Positions 18,765 to 28,249 of a stretch of DNA of 60,285 nt are shown piece after piece; the first letter of the stretch is position 1; every line of letters starts with the position of its first letter. A program made the position numbers and the translations under genes. This DNA is from a virus (lineage: Duplodnaviria; Caudoviricetes): the IMG/VR virus record IMGVR_UViG_3300033049_000023, positions 1-60,285 of that record; one strand, given 5' to 3'. The notes under the pieces were generated by a model that made no database searches, was not told the DNA's origin, and saw nothing but the letters and a program-made list of their open reading frames with translations.

Positions 18765-19945
18765 AGCGTGTGTGCGTACTCATCAAGTCAACCGGATTCA
18801 CAGTAGAGGAGTTCGCGGCGGGGTTGAGACAGATTCAGGGACGCACAACGGCGAACCAAGACGCAAAGCACGCCGTAGGTGATGAGCGGGCCCGGCAGTT
18901 CGACCGGGCGTTGACTCCCTCGGCGGAAACAAAGATGACCCACAGCGGGGAGTATAAGTTCGACGGGCCCGAGGGTGACCAAGGGGAATCGGAGTACGAG
19001 ATTACCGTGCCGTGGACCACCATCAAAGAAATCATGGCGGCGATCCGTGCCGATGCGCTGAGTGAAAAACCCGGCGGACAAAAAGCATTGGTGGACCGCT
19101 TTGCGTTGGCCCGCTTGCTTGACGCGGCTCGGGATATGCTCAGTGGGTGGCGGTATATTCGCAGCGTTCACGGGGAACTCTCGGGCGTGGGTTGGGCCCG
19201 GGCTGAGGATGGGGTGGTGACCGCACTCAACGAGTTTCAGGTAGACATCGCACCCGGGCCGGGGTTCACTCCTCGCACTGAGATTAGCATCGTGGGGGAG
19301 TTGGGGTCGGTCACTGTTCATGGCAAGGTTGGCGAGATGGTGACCCTGAACCCGGGAACGCACAACTGGCGTGCGGGGAAGTTTGAGATTACCGGGGTGG
19401 ACTCGGTGGGGGTCTATGTTCAGTTCTCTATTGGGTTGGGCGGCGTTACCGGTCGATCAAACCACGGTGATTACACGGTGATTCGGGAGACAAAGTTGTC
19501 GGTGCCAAATGATCCCGAGCCGACGACCGAGTTTGGGCGTGAAGCCCGGCACATTATCCAGACCATCGATCAGTACACCGCCGATCAACTCCAAGGGCTC
19601 TTTGACGATGCTCGGGAGATTCCGGGGCTCGATGGGGTGAGCGTGGTTCGGGTTACTAGAAGTGTGCGGGATAGAGGTGCGCCGGTGTTCACCTTCTCCA
19701 ACGGCATGACTCGGGACTTCTCAGGCGGTCGGCTTACCAGCCCGATCAATCCCAACCCCAGCGCGGGGGAGTTGGCGGCGTATGTCCGAGACATCCCACG
19801 GGATGCGCTTGCCGTGCTTATCAAGACCGGTGAGCCCATCGCCGGGTTGCCGATGAGGATCACGGTTTTGCGGTTGGAGAACGGCGGCAAGAACAACACC
19901 ATTGCCATCCTCTCGAACGGGGATCGGGTCGATCTGGATTACTAG
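18734..19945 (+). CDS. hypothetical protein (403 aa)
   Basis: long ORF with AAGGA RBS. Confidence 0.7.
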   Translation: MDYESNEERVKRVCVLIKSTGFTVEEFAAGLRQIQGRTTANQDAKHAVGDERARQFDRALTPSAETKMTHSGEYKFDGPEGDQGESEYEITVPWTTIKEIMAAIRADALSEKPGGQKALVDRFALARLLDAARDMLSGWRYIRSVHGELSGVGWARAEDGVVTALNEFQVDIAPGPGFTPRTEISIVGELGSVTVHGKVGEMVTLNPGTHNWRAGKFEITGVDSVGVYVQFSIGLGGVTGRSNHGDYTVIRETKLSVPNDPEPTTEFGREARHIIQTIDQYTADQLQGLFDDAREIPGLDGVSVVRVTRSVRDRGAPVFTFSNGMTRDFSGGRLTSPINPNPSAGELAAYVRDIPRDALAVLIKTGEPIAGLPMRITVLRLENGGKNNTIAILSNGDRVDLDY

Positions 19946-20087
19946 ATGAGGGGGCCGTGAACGCCGTCTAAGGGGTGGGGTTGCTCAACCGGTCAATCAT
20001 CCGCTACACTATGGGCGGCTCATTGTCGGCGATTCTCCGGGGCTTACCCGGGGGATAGGTGGCGTTCACACTCCAGAGATTTAGCGT

Positions 20088-20927
20088 ATGACCGATGACA
20101 CTGGGATCAGCAACACGAACAGCGATCAAGGCGACGACGAAGCCGAGGGGGATTTGGTGGGCTCAGGTGGTGATTCTTCTGGGGGAGGGCAAGGGAACAA
20201 ACCCCAAACACCCGAAAATGATGATTTCCCCGAGCCCGGTGCGATTGTTCGGCGGGTGGCGGGTGATGAAGCCGAGGAGAGTGAGCCGATGCCCACCCCG
20301 GGCACCGATGCCGATACAGGGAGACCCGACCCATACGCCCACCTCCGAAAGCACCAGTTCAGGCCGGGCCAGTCCGGCAACCCAGCGGGGAGACCGCCGA
20401 AAGATCGATCGATGCGCGAGCGGTTGCGCCAACTCATCCGAGCCGACGCGGGGAAGTTCGACTTTGCCCGGGACCTCATGGAGCGGTTGGTAAAGGGACA
20501 GGGCGAGGTGGACGATCAGGCAATCAGCAATATGGATATTGGCGATGTGCTTCTACTCGTTTCGGTGTTCAAGGCATCGCGTGGTGATGCGAAACATATG
20601 AGCATGATTCTGGAGCGCACCGATGGAAAGATCGTGGGCGCGTTCAACGATCAGAAACCCGAAGCGGTGGACACGACCGCCAAACTCGACATCGACATTG
20701 AACGCCGCACCTCGATCAACTTCTATCGGGCGATCCTTGATGACCCTGAGGTGACGACCCGGGAGAAGATGGATGCACGCCGGGAACTCAATATCCTCCT
20801 CGGGCTCACCAAGGACACCGATGTTCGTGAAGCGTCCGACCTCGCAGAAAAGACGATGGCCGCAATCTCTGCAATGATGCAATCGAGCAGCGATCCCGAA
20901 GCGGTCACCGCAGAGAGTGCAACCTAA
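20088..20927 (+). CDS. terS: terminase small subunit (DUF5681-like motif)
   Basis: QFRPGQSGNPAGRP motif; directly upstream of terL. Confidence 0.7.
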   Translation: MTDDTGISNTNSDQGDDEAEGDLVGSGGDSSGGGQGNKPQTPENDDFPEPGAIVRRVAGDEAEESEPMPTPGTDADTGRPDPYAHLRKHQFRPGQSGNPAGRPPKDRSMRERLRQLIRADAGKFDFARDLMERLVKGQGEVDDQAISNMDIGDVLLLVSVFKASRGDAKHMSMILERTDGKIVGAFNDQKPEAVDTTAKLDIDIERRTSINFYRAILDDPEVTTREKMDARRELNILLGLTKDTDVREASDLAEKTMAAISAMMQSSSDPEAVTAESAT

Positions 20928-20930
20928 AGC

Positions 20931-22256
20931 ATGGTCCAGATCGTTTCCACCACCGATAGCCCGCTACCCCGTTTCTGGAAACCGTTGCGGTACCATGAGG
21001 AGCAACAGAAGTTCCTCCACTCCAATTCTCGGTTCAATGTGGTACCGGCGGGGCGGCGTTCGGGAAAGACCGACATCGCTATTCGGCGGGTGGCAAAGAA
21101 GGCACTCATTGAAACCATCCCCTCGGCGTGGTACATTCTCGCGGCACCAACCGAAGGACAGGCCCGGCGTATCTTCTGGGAACCACTCATCAATCTATTC
21201 CCAAAGGAACTGGTGCAAAAGGTATCGCTTGGCAGCATGACCGTTCGGCTCGTCAACTCGGTTGAGATCAGTGTGGTGGGGCTCGATAAACCAGAGCGAG
21301 TTGAGGGCCGTCCGATCCGCCATATCACGCTCGATGAATACGGCAACATCAAGGCGAGCGCGTGGACCTCAAACATCCGCCCCGCGTTGTCGGACCAACT
21401 CGGCACGGCTGACTTCATCGGCGTGCCCGAAGGCCGCAATCACTATTACGAGTTGTGGATGAAAGCCCTCGCCGATACCTCGGGCGCATGGTCCGGGTTT
21501 ACTTGGACATCGGGTGAAATCCTCCCCGCTTCTGAGATTGAGCAGGCCCGAACCGATATGGATCAAATGACATTCGACCAAGAGTACAACGCGAAGTTCG
21601 TCAACTTCGCTGGCCGCGTCTACTACTCGTTTGCCCCCGCGTTCAACGGCAAGTCGAATCTCATTGAGCATTACAACCCAGACGCGGACCTCATCCTATG
21701 TTTCGACTTCAACCACACACCCGGGGTGGCCGTGATTTGCCAAGAGGTGAACGGATGCACGCTGGTACTCGGTGAGGTTTACATTGAGCAGGGATCGAAC
21801 ACCGAGGTAGTGGCGACCGAGGTATGGGAGAAGTGGAAGGGGCACCGGGGGCGGGTTCTGGTGTATGGCGACTCGGCGGGCGGGCAACGCACCTCCTCAA
21901 ACATCCGAGGCACCGACTGGGATTTGGTTCGCGGCGTACTCAAACCTCACTTCGGTTCACGGCTCATCTTCCGTGTGCCAAAGGCCAACCCCCGGGTGCG
22001 GTTGCGGGTCAACTCCCTCAACTCCAGACTGAGGGCGATTGATGGAACGGTCCGGCTTTACATTGATCCGATTGCGTGCCCGATGCTGACCCGAGACCTC
22101 GAAGGCGTGCGGTATAAGGGCAATCAGATTTACAAACCCACCAACCCAAACGACCCAGAATCCAAACTCACGCACATTTCAGACGCGTTCGGGTATTACA
22201 TTACCAGAGCGTTCCCAATGACCGGAGGGGCGAAACTGGTCAATATGGCGGCGTGA
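20931..22256 (+). CDS. terL: terminase large subunit
   Basis: AGRRSGKT Walker A, AAPT..QAR, TLDE Walker B, CFDFN and HISDAFGY nuclease motifs. Confidence 0.93.
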   Translation: MVQIVSTTDSPLPRFWKPLRYHEEQQKFLHSNSRFNVVPAGRRSGKTDIAIRRVAKKALIETIPSAWYILAAPTEGQARRIFWEPLINLFPKELVQKVSLGSMTVRLVNSVEISVVGLDKPERVEGRPIRHITLDEYGNIKASAWTSNIRPALSDQLGTADFIGVPEGRNHYYELWMKALADTSGAWSGFTWTSGEILPASEIEQARTDMDQMTFDQEYNAKFVNFAGRVYYSFAPAFNGKSNLIEHYNPDADLILCFDFNHTPGVAVICQEVNGCTLVLGEVYIEQGSNTEVVATEVWEKWKGHRGRVLVYGDSAGGQRTSSNIRGTDWDLVRGVLKPHFGSRLIFRVPKANPRVRLRVNSLNSRLRAIDGTVRLYIDPIACPMLTRDLEGVRYKGNQIYKPTNPNDPESKLTHISDAFGYYITRAFPMTGGAKLVNMAA

Positions 22257-24476
22257 TTGGCAAAGGTGCCCGGTCTCGGGTATCATTTTCGTATGCCACT
22301 CCAGCCATACGATGGGAAACAAAGCACCGGGACCGCCGATGATATTGCGGCGGGTATCGCCGAGCGTCAAGCGCAGTTGTTTCCAGACCACCTTGGGGTG
22401 AGTGCGATCAAGGGGATTGCCCCGGGCGCACTCAGCGTTCAATCAATGGATTTGAGCGGTCGGGTTTACCTGTCCGCGCCGGACGCATTGACAAACGGCG
22501 GGTACACCATCATCATGCCGCCGGATGCGGGCACGGCAAATCAGCGTATGAGCATCGTTTCGATTGCCAACCGTGAGTTGACGATGGAGTGGAGTCTTGT
22601 AGACCACACCGACCTCGATACAGATTTGCATGACACGATGGAGTTTTTCGTGGGTGCTACGCTTGACGACCCCGATGTAAATGTTTCGAGTGATGGGGCA
22701 ACGATCACGCTTTCATATCAGAAGGACGGCGGCGGTGATATGCGGGTGGTGTTCACCGACCATATCCATGTTCACGATTGCACGCCGCCCGCCACCCTCA
22801 CCCTTACGGCTGGCACAGACACGGCACCGGTACGAAACTATATTTACATTTTGCAGAGCGACAAACTTCTGACCGTCTCGACTTCGGGATGGCCTTCTAC
22901 GGAATACGCACCGGTTGCTGAGGTTCTTTGCCAGAGTGCAACGGCGGTGCAATCGCATGGGCCGCTCAAGTTCCAAATCTGGACAGACCACACCATCAAC
23001 GGGGCGCAAGGTCACCTCGCACATATCAATTCATGGATTCGGTCGCAGGCAACAACTTGGATGACAGGTCTCGAAGTAAATGTCTCAGTGGGCGTTGGTA
23101 CTTTTGATATTTCATTCGGTGCGGGCTCGGCGTTGCAGCTTCACCCGCACGATGTGGAGGCGTTCGATACCGCAGCGGGTGACGATGTGTTTATCGTCAA
23201 CGACAGCGTGACCGCGTTCAAGAAGGTTGGCGACCTCACGGGTGAACTCACCGATGCGGATGGCAACACTCTCAGCAACAAGTTTTACAACCTCGTCGTA
23301 TGGGAATCGGTGTGCGAGATTGCGGCGAACAGCAAGACCTATATCAATCTCCCAAGTGGTTCGTACAACACCGAGGCCGCAGCCGTTCTCGATGCAGACA
23401 AAACCGCCGTGTACACGATCCCCGAAGCGTTCCGAGGCGTTGGGTTTACCCTCGCCCGGTTGACGGTCAAGCACGGCACCGGCGGCGGCGGCACCTTCAC
23501 CCTCGCACAGAATGAGGACTTGCGTGTGACCATCGGCGGCGGGGGCGGTGCGGGCGGCGCAGGCGTTACCATGCTGCCCCAGTTGAGCGATGTGGATACG
23601 GCGGCACTGACTGGAAGTTTCATTATGATGACCCCGGTGGGTGGCGGCAACTATGCCGGTCGTTTGCTGGTGGAAGCGGACTTGCCGGACACCTATTACA
23701 AACAGGACGATGTAATCCTCGCCAACTCGGGCTCGGTGTCGTTCCCCGGATTGTCGTTTAGCGGCGATACGAATACAGGCATCCACAATCCCGAGGCGGA
23801 CAAACTCGGTTTCGTAGCCAACGGCACCGAGATGATGTATTTGATGCGGCTCAGTGGGTTCTTTGATGTGGCCGCGATCATCGTTGACATCTTTGAGATT
23901 GATGCTTCATCCTCATGGGTGTGCCAAACTCCCGAAACGACATTCGGCAACTCGATTGCAAACCCCACACTCCCCGCCGTAGTGGCATGGCGAGAGGCGG
24001 CGAACAACGGCACGAACAAAGTTCTGTTCACGATCCCCGCAAGCATCGCGTCCAATGTGACTTGGACTTGGCCGGTCGCCATCGTGTCTAGCGGCGTGTG
24101 GTTCTCCGATGGCAGCGGCGTACTGACTTGCGAGAAAATCTTGCGATCAAAGGGCGGGTTCATTAGGAGACCCGGAACCTCACTCGACCAAACGCTTTTC
24201 TTCACCACAAAGGCAATCACGGTCACGCAAATCACCGGTGTACTTCGGGGCGGAACTTCCGGCACGATCACAATCCGGCACAGCCCGGATCGGAGTGCAA
24301 CCGGAATCGAAGTGGTGACCGGCGGTAGTGCAATCACAAGTCTCACCACCGGCACGGTCATTACTTCATTCAACGATGCGACCATCCCCGCGAACTCATG
24401 GGTGTGGATGGAAATGCCAGCCAAAACCGGGATCCTTTTAGAACTCGGTTGGGGCATTGATTATACAGACGACTAA
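22257..24476 (+). CDS. putative fibre/virion structural protein
   Basis: Gly/Thr-rich; YTIIMPPDAGTANQ, LPQLSDVD and SFPGLSFSGDTNTGI segments resemble phage fibre motifs; start uncertain. Confidence 0.6.
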   Translation: MAKVPGLGYHFRMPLQPYDGKQSTGTADDIAAGIAERQAQLFPDHLGVSAIKGIAPGALSVQSMDLSGRVYLSAPDALTNGGYTIIMPPDAGTANQRMSIVSIANRELTMEWSLVDHTDLDTDLHDTMEFFVGATLDDPDVNVSSDGATITLSYQKDGGGDMRVVFTDHIHVHDCTPPATLTLTAGTDTAPVRNYIYILQSDKLLTVSTSGWPSTEYAPVAEVLCQSATAVQSHGPLKFQIWTDHTINGAQGHLAHINSWIRSQATTWMTGLEVNVSVGVGTFDISFGAGSALQLHPHDVEAFDTAAGDDVFIVNDSVTAFKKVGDLTGELTDADGNTLSNKFYNLVVWESVCEIAANSKTYINLPSGSYNTEAAAVLDADKTAVYTIPEAFRGVGFTLARLTVKHGTGGGGTFTLAQNEDLRVTIGGGGGAGGAGVTMLPQLSDVDTAALTGSFIMMTPVGGGNYAGRLLVEADLPDTYYKQDDVILANSGSVSFPGLSFSGDTNTGIHNPEADKLGFVANGTEMMYLMRLSGFFDVAAIIVDIFEIDASSSWVCQTPETTFGNSIANPTLPAVVAWREAANNGTNKVLFTIPASIASNVTWTWPVAIVSSGVWFSDGSGVLTCEKILRSKGGFIRRPGTSLDQTLFFTTKAITVTQITGVLRGGTSGTITIRHSPDRSATGIEVVTGGSAITSLTTGTVITSFNDATIPANSWVWMEMPAKTGILLELGWGIDYTDD

Positions 24477-24489
24477 AAGGAGAATCGAA

Positions 24490-24756
24490 ATGTCAGCAAA
24501 ACTATGGTATCAAAGTTGGGAAGATAGAACCTTGACGGTGGACCCCGGACCACCGACCGCCGAGGTTGTGGTGCCGAATCCGAAGCACCAACTTCCGGGG
24601 CAACCGCTCACCTTCAACCGTGTTCCGCAGGTACACGAAATCAAACTCGCCGAGGGCGTTGGTGGTGGCGTGATTGCGAAGGCAATCTCGGATGCCGTGG
24701 CGAATGTCAATGCAAATCTACACCGACCGATGCAAATCGAAATCACGATTGGATAA
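24490..24756 (+). CDS. hypothetical protein
   Basis: AAGGAG RBS. Confidence 0.65.
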   Translation: MSAKLWYQSWEDRTLTVDPGPPTAEVVVPNPKHQLPGQPLTFNRVPQVHEIKLAEGVGGGVIAKAISDAVANVNANLHRPMQIEITIG

Positions 24757-24760
24757 CCCC

Positions 24761-25780
24761 ATGAAACTCATCATCGCAATCGCAATGATCTTCTCCGCGC
24801 CCGCACTCGGTCAGTATGTCATTGAATCGACCGACCTCGACGAAGTAACGCTTATGCTCAATGAGGCATACGAAAGCGGTGAGCGTGAGTTTGCCATCGA
24901 TATGACCGAGCCGGTAATCCCGCCCAAGCCCGAGCGGCGCATCTTTATTTGTATGCCCGGCACCGAGGAGTGGAACCGCGATTATCTCGCCCGCATTGAG
25001 GCGGCGGGGTTCCCGATGGAGCGGGTCGAATATATGCTCCAGATCACGGCGCGGATCAACAGCGTGTTTCCCGATGAGGACATCAAGGCCAGTTTGCCCG
25101 ATGGGATGACCGTTAGACAGTACACCGCGGAGACTACCCGGATGCGGCTCGAACGGGCGTGGTCTCCGAAGCCGTTTACCGCGTGGTATTACGATTATGA
25201 GCCGAGGCACCGCGATGAGGACGGGAATGTAATCGGATCGTGGCTCTGGCCTCGGATCTCTGGTGAGGGTTTCAGCAAGGCCGATGTTCTGTTCCTCCGC
25301 GATGCCTATGCGGGGTGCGCCGATGTACTCCCCGATATTCCGGGTTCAATCTATGGGGTGCCACGGGTCATTGGGTACGGTGCGCCCAACCCGCTCCATG
25401 TACGAAATATGAAAAAGTTTCGCCGCATCACTCGGCACTATGGTTATGCCCAACTCAATCTCTACCCGATGGGCGGGCCAGCATCCAATCGGGAAATCAC
25501 CAAAGAGACCGCGGGGGATCATGTTGATCGGATTCTCCTCGGCTACAAGGCAATGGATGAGGATTTGACTGTTCCCGGTACACCAATCTGGGCGATGATG
25601 TGGCCGAGGTGGATTACCGATAATGAGGCGTGGTTCGCCCTTTACCTCAAAGTTTTCCGGTACACTGAGATCGATACCCTCATTATTTGGGTCAATCCCC
25701 ATTCCGAGTTGATGTCTAGGATCTATGCAAATGAGACAATCGAGGCGATCCCGCATATTGTAAAATGGCTCAACGAATAA
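24761..25780 (+). CDS. signal-peptide protein, possible TIM-barrel glycoside hydrolase
   Basis: MKLIIAIAMIFSAPALG signal; YYDYEP DxE motif, GSIYGVP, LNLYP. Confidence 0.45.
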   Translation: MKLIIAIAMIFSAPALGQYVIESTDLDEVTLMLNEAYESGEREFAIDMTEPVIPPKPERRIFICMPGTEEWNRDYLARIEAAGFPMERVEYMLQITARINSVFPDEDIKASLPDGMTVRQYTAETTRMRLERAWSPKPFTAWYYDYEPRHRDEDGNVIGSWLWPRISGEGFSKADVLFLRDAYAGCADVLPDIPGSIYGVPRVIGYGAPNPLHVRNMKKFRRITRHYGYAQLNLYPMGGPASNREITKETAGDHVDRILLGYKAMDEDLTVPGTPIWAMMWPRWITDNEAWFALYLKVFRYTEIDTLIIWVNPHSELMSRIYANETIEAIPHIVKWLNE

Positions 25781-25810
25781 CTCTGTACCCCATTATTTGG
25801 AGCCGATGCT

Positions 25811-26455
25811 ATGCCGAACGAAGTAGACACCCGCCATGAAGATCACGAATCACGCCTCAGTAAGATTGAGGCGTTGCTGGAATCCGTGGTGCTTGGGTTC
25901 CGAGATTTCCAATCCGAGACCAAAGCCGATATTTCTGCGATCCGAAGCGCGGTCAGTGGTATTGGTAAAACATCGTGGCCGCTCATCGTGACAATCATCA
26001 TCGGCGGGCTCACCGCGTTCCTCGGTTCGGTCACCCTCATCATCACCATCGGCGTGCTTGCCCTCTCTCCGATTGCCTCCAATCAAGTGGCCCTTTCGGC
26101 GGCACAAGAGTCGCACGAATCATCCTCGGGCCACTCTGATACTTTGCAGAAACAAGCGTCCATGACTCAGCGGATGGATCGGGCGTTCGACGCAATCGAG
26201 GCCGTAGAAAATGCGGTAATGAAACTCGACACCGATTTGCAACGGGAGATGAGAGACCTCGACGCTAAATCTGTGAATGAGTTTAACCGGTGGGCGACGA
26301 TGTTGGAGAATCGTATCGAGACCGGCGAGGAGTGGCGGGTGGATCACGATCAGCATGTTGCGCCACTCAACGCGGCTCAGTGGGCAGAGATCCGAGACAA
26401 CAAGGCGGAGATTGATCGGTTGAGAGAATCACCACCCCGTAGGGTACACCCGTAA
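25811..26455 (+). CDS. membrane-anchored coiled-coil protein (lysis-associated?)
   Basis: long TM segment followed by coiled-coil. Confidence 0.55.
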   Translation: MPNEVDTRHEDHESRLSKIEALLESVVLGFRDFQSETKADISAIRSAVSGIGKTSWPLIVTIIIGGLTAFLGSVTLIITIGVLALSPIASNQVALSAAQESHESSSGHSDTLQKQASMTQRMDRAFDAIEAVENAVMKLDTDLQREMRDLDAKSVNEFNRWATMLENRIETGEEWRVDHDQHVAPLNAAQWAEIRDNKAEIDRLRESPPRRVHP

Positions 26456-26459
26456 GGAT

Positions 26460-26888
26460 TTGGCTATGGCGAATATCGTAAACGGAACTCCGATAAACGG
26501 TGCAACTGAGGTCGATGCCACCTCTGGCACGATGGCCTATATTGCAATCTTCAATGTCTCTATGGAACCGGGCACCGGCTCATGGTTTTTGCACGATGCA
26601 GACACCGGGGCACAAGTGGCCGAGGGGGTCATTGGTGTGGATATTACGGTGGGGTCTTTCCCCAATCAGGACACCATCACTTGGTCTGGGGTTTCCCCGG
26701 TGGCTAACGGGAAACGGTATTATTTACTCTGCGATGTAGGTTCAGTAAAAACATTTTTGGACAGCAATGATTGGGAGGGAATCCAAAATCCAGCGGAGCG
26801 GCGGTTCTCTACCATCGGATATGTGTATAATGTGAAAGAGTCCCCGATCTCCTTGAACGGGATCGGGCTTGGTGTCGGGCACGATTGA
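26460..26888 (+). CDS. hypothetical beta-rich protein
   Basis: ORF in late operon. Confidence 0.6.
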   Translation: MAMANIVNGTPINGATEVDATSGTMAYIAIFNVSMEPGTGSWFLHDADTGAQVAEGVIGVDITVGSFPNQDTITWSGVSPVANGKRYYLLCDVGSVKTFLDSNDWEGIQNPAERRFSTIGYVYNVKESPISLNGIGLGVGHD

Positions 26889-26906
26889 ACAAACTAGGAG
26901 CATAAA

Positions 26907-27206
26907 ATGACAATCACACAAGGCGCAACGGGCGCGGCTCAGGTCGCAATCGCAGGCGAGTCCGTTGCTTTCGCCGCGGGCGAGGGTATCGACAAACTCA
27001 CAACTATCACGGTACGGAACCGGATCGCCGCAACGGGAAACCTCGTTGTGCGAATCCCCGAACTTCATGGTGCCTCAGGTGGCGCAACGCTCTTGCCGGG
27101 GGACAAAGAGCCGTTTCGGGTGAAGGATGGGGAGATTAGTCAGGTGCTTGTGAGCGGGATCAATACCATCGTGGATTGGTGGGGTACCGCGGTCACTCGG
27201 GGATGA
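26907..27206 (+). CDS. hypothetical (virion?) protein
   Basis: AGGAG RBS. Confidence 0.65.
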   Translation: MTITQGATGAAQVAIAGESVAFAAGEGIDKLTTITVRNRIAATGNLVVRIPELHGASGGATLLPGDKEPFRVKDGEISQVLVSGINTIVDWWGTAVTRG

Positions 27207-27247
27207 TTCCCCTTTGGCCTATACTCTAAAAAGGAAAGGTGGTTGCT

Positions 27248-27547
27248 ATGAGATTCGATAGATGGATTCAAGTCATTTCCCGTTATATCGGGATGGTACT
27301 TTCAGGCGGTTCGCTCTGGGTGTTCGAGCGACTAGGCCGGGACCTCCCACCGGAGGCCGAACTACTCATCGACAACACTTCCGTTGCCGTGGCCGGTCTC
27401 TTGGTCGGCCTTGCCGGGATTCTTGCCGACCCGATTATCCACTGGTTCAACAACGGCGGCTTTATGGCCGCTCCCGAATCAGGTGGACATATCTCGCCGC
27501 TCCGCTCGAAAGAGTTGAGGATTCAGAAGGGCGACAAACAGTCCTGA
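27248..27547 (+). CDS. holin-like membrane protein
   Basis: two hydrophobic segments, charged C-terminus. Confidence 0.45.
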   Translation: MRFDRWIQVISRYIGMVLSGGSLWVFERLGRDLPPEAELLIDNTSVAVAGLLVGLAGILADPIIHWFNNGGFMAAPESGGHISPLRSKELRIQKGDKQS

Positions 27548-27589
27548 GGCCGAAGCCCCGGGAGTCACCGCAGCAAAAGGAGAACATCG

Positions 27590-27943
27590 ATGCGGTTTAT
27601 TACTTTGCTCATTGGTGCCGTACTCATCTTGTCCAGCGTGGGCGGATGCGGCACCGCTTCACAGAAATATCAGAAGGGTATCCATTCGTATGCAGCGGCG
27701 GGGGCCCTTGTCATCATTGCAATCGATAACGATTTCGTATCACTGGAAACCGCCGAGGTCATTGGGACCATCGACAACGCGGCTCACGCCGAACTTGTCC
27801 ATATGCGTGCGGCCCTCGATAGCGGAAACGATGAGGTTGCGCTTTCGCATTACGCCCGGTTCCGCCGGGTGATTGCATCACTCCAGCAAATTGCAGCGGA
27901 CCCGGGGGTTCCCCCGCCCGCCGAACTTGAACCCAGCCCGTGA
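27590..27943 (+). CDS. lipoprotein (spanin-like?)
   Basis: MRFITLLIGAVLILSSVGG-C lipobox; AAGGAG RBS. Confidence 0.6.
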   Translation: MRFITLLIGAVLILSSVGGCGTASQKYQKGIHSYAAAGALVIIAIDNDFVSLETAEVIGTIDNAAHAELVHMRAALDSGNDEVALSHYARFRRVIASLQQIAADPGVPPPAELEPSP

Positions 27944-28017
27944 TGTACGGGCACCAACCGAACCTCAGACCGCCGGGAAACCAGCGGACCGAGGATTTAC
28001 CACTTTAGGAGAAACCC

Positions 28018-28230
28018 ATGTTCTTGCCAGCCACCGTAATGACTTTGCTCAACGCTCTCGATGCCGGTCTCATTGTTTCCGAGAAGTTCGCCGAACTCCT
28101 CGCAGTAATGGGCGGAGAAAACAGAGACCTCACGGATGAGGAACTCACCGACCTTGATCTTGTACGCGATGCGACCCACGACGATGTTCAAGCCGCCATC
28201 GCCCGCAAGCGCGCCCGCGATCAGGGCTAA
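28018..28230 (+). CDS. hypothetical protein
   Basis: AGGAG RBS. Confidence 0.65.
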   Translation: MFLPATVMTLLNALDAGLIVSEKFAELLAVMGGENRDLTDEELTDLDLVRDATHDDVQAAIARKRARDQG

Positions 28231-28249
28231 ACCCACACCAGAGTAAACC

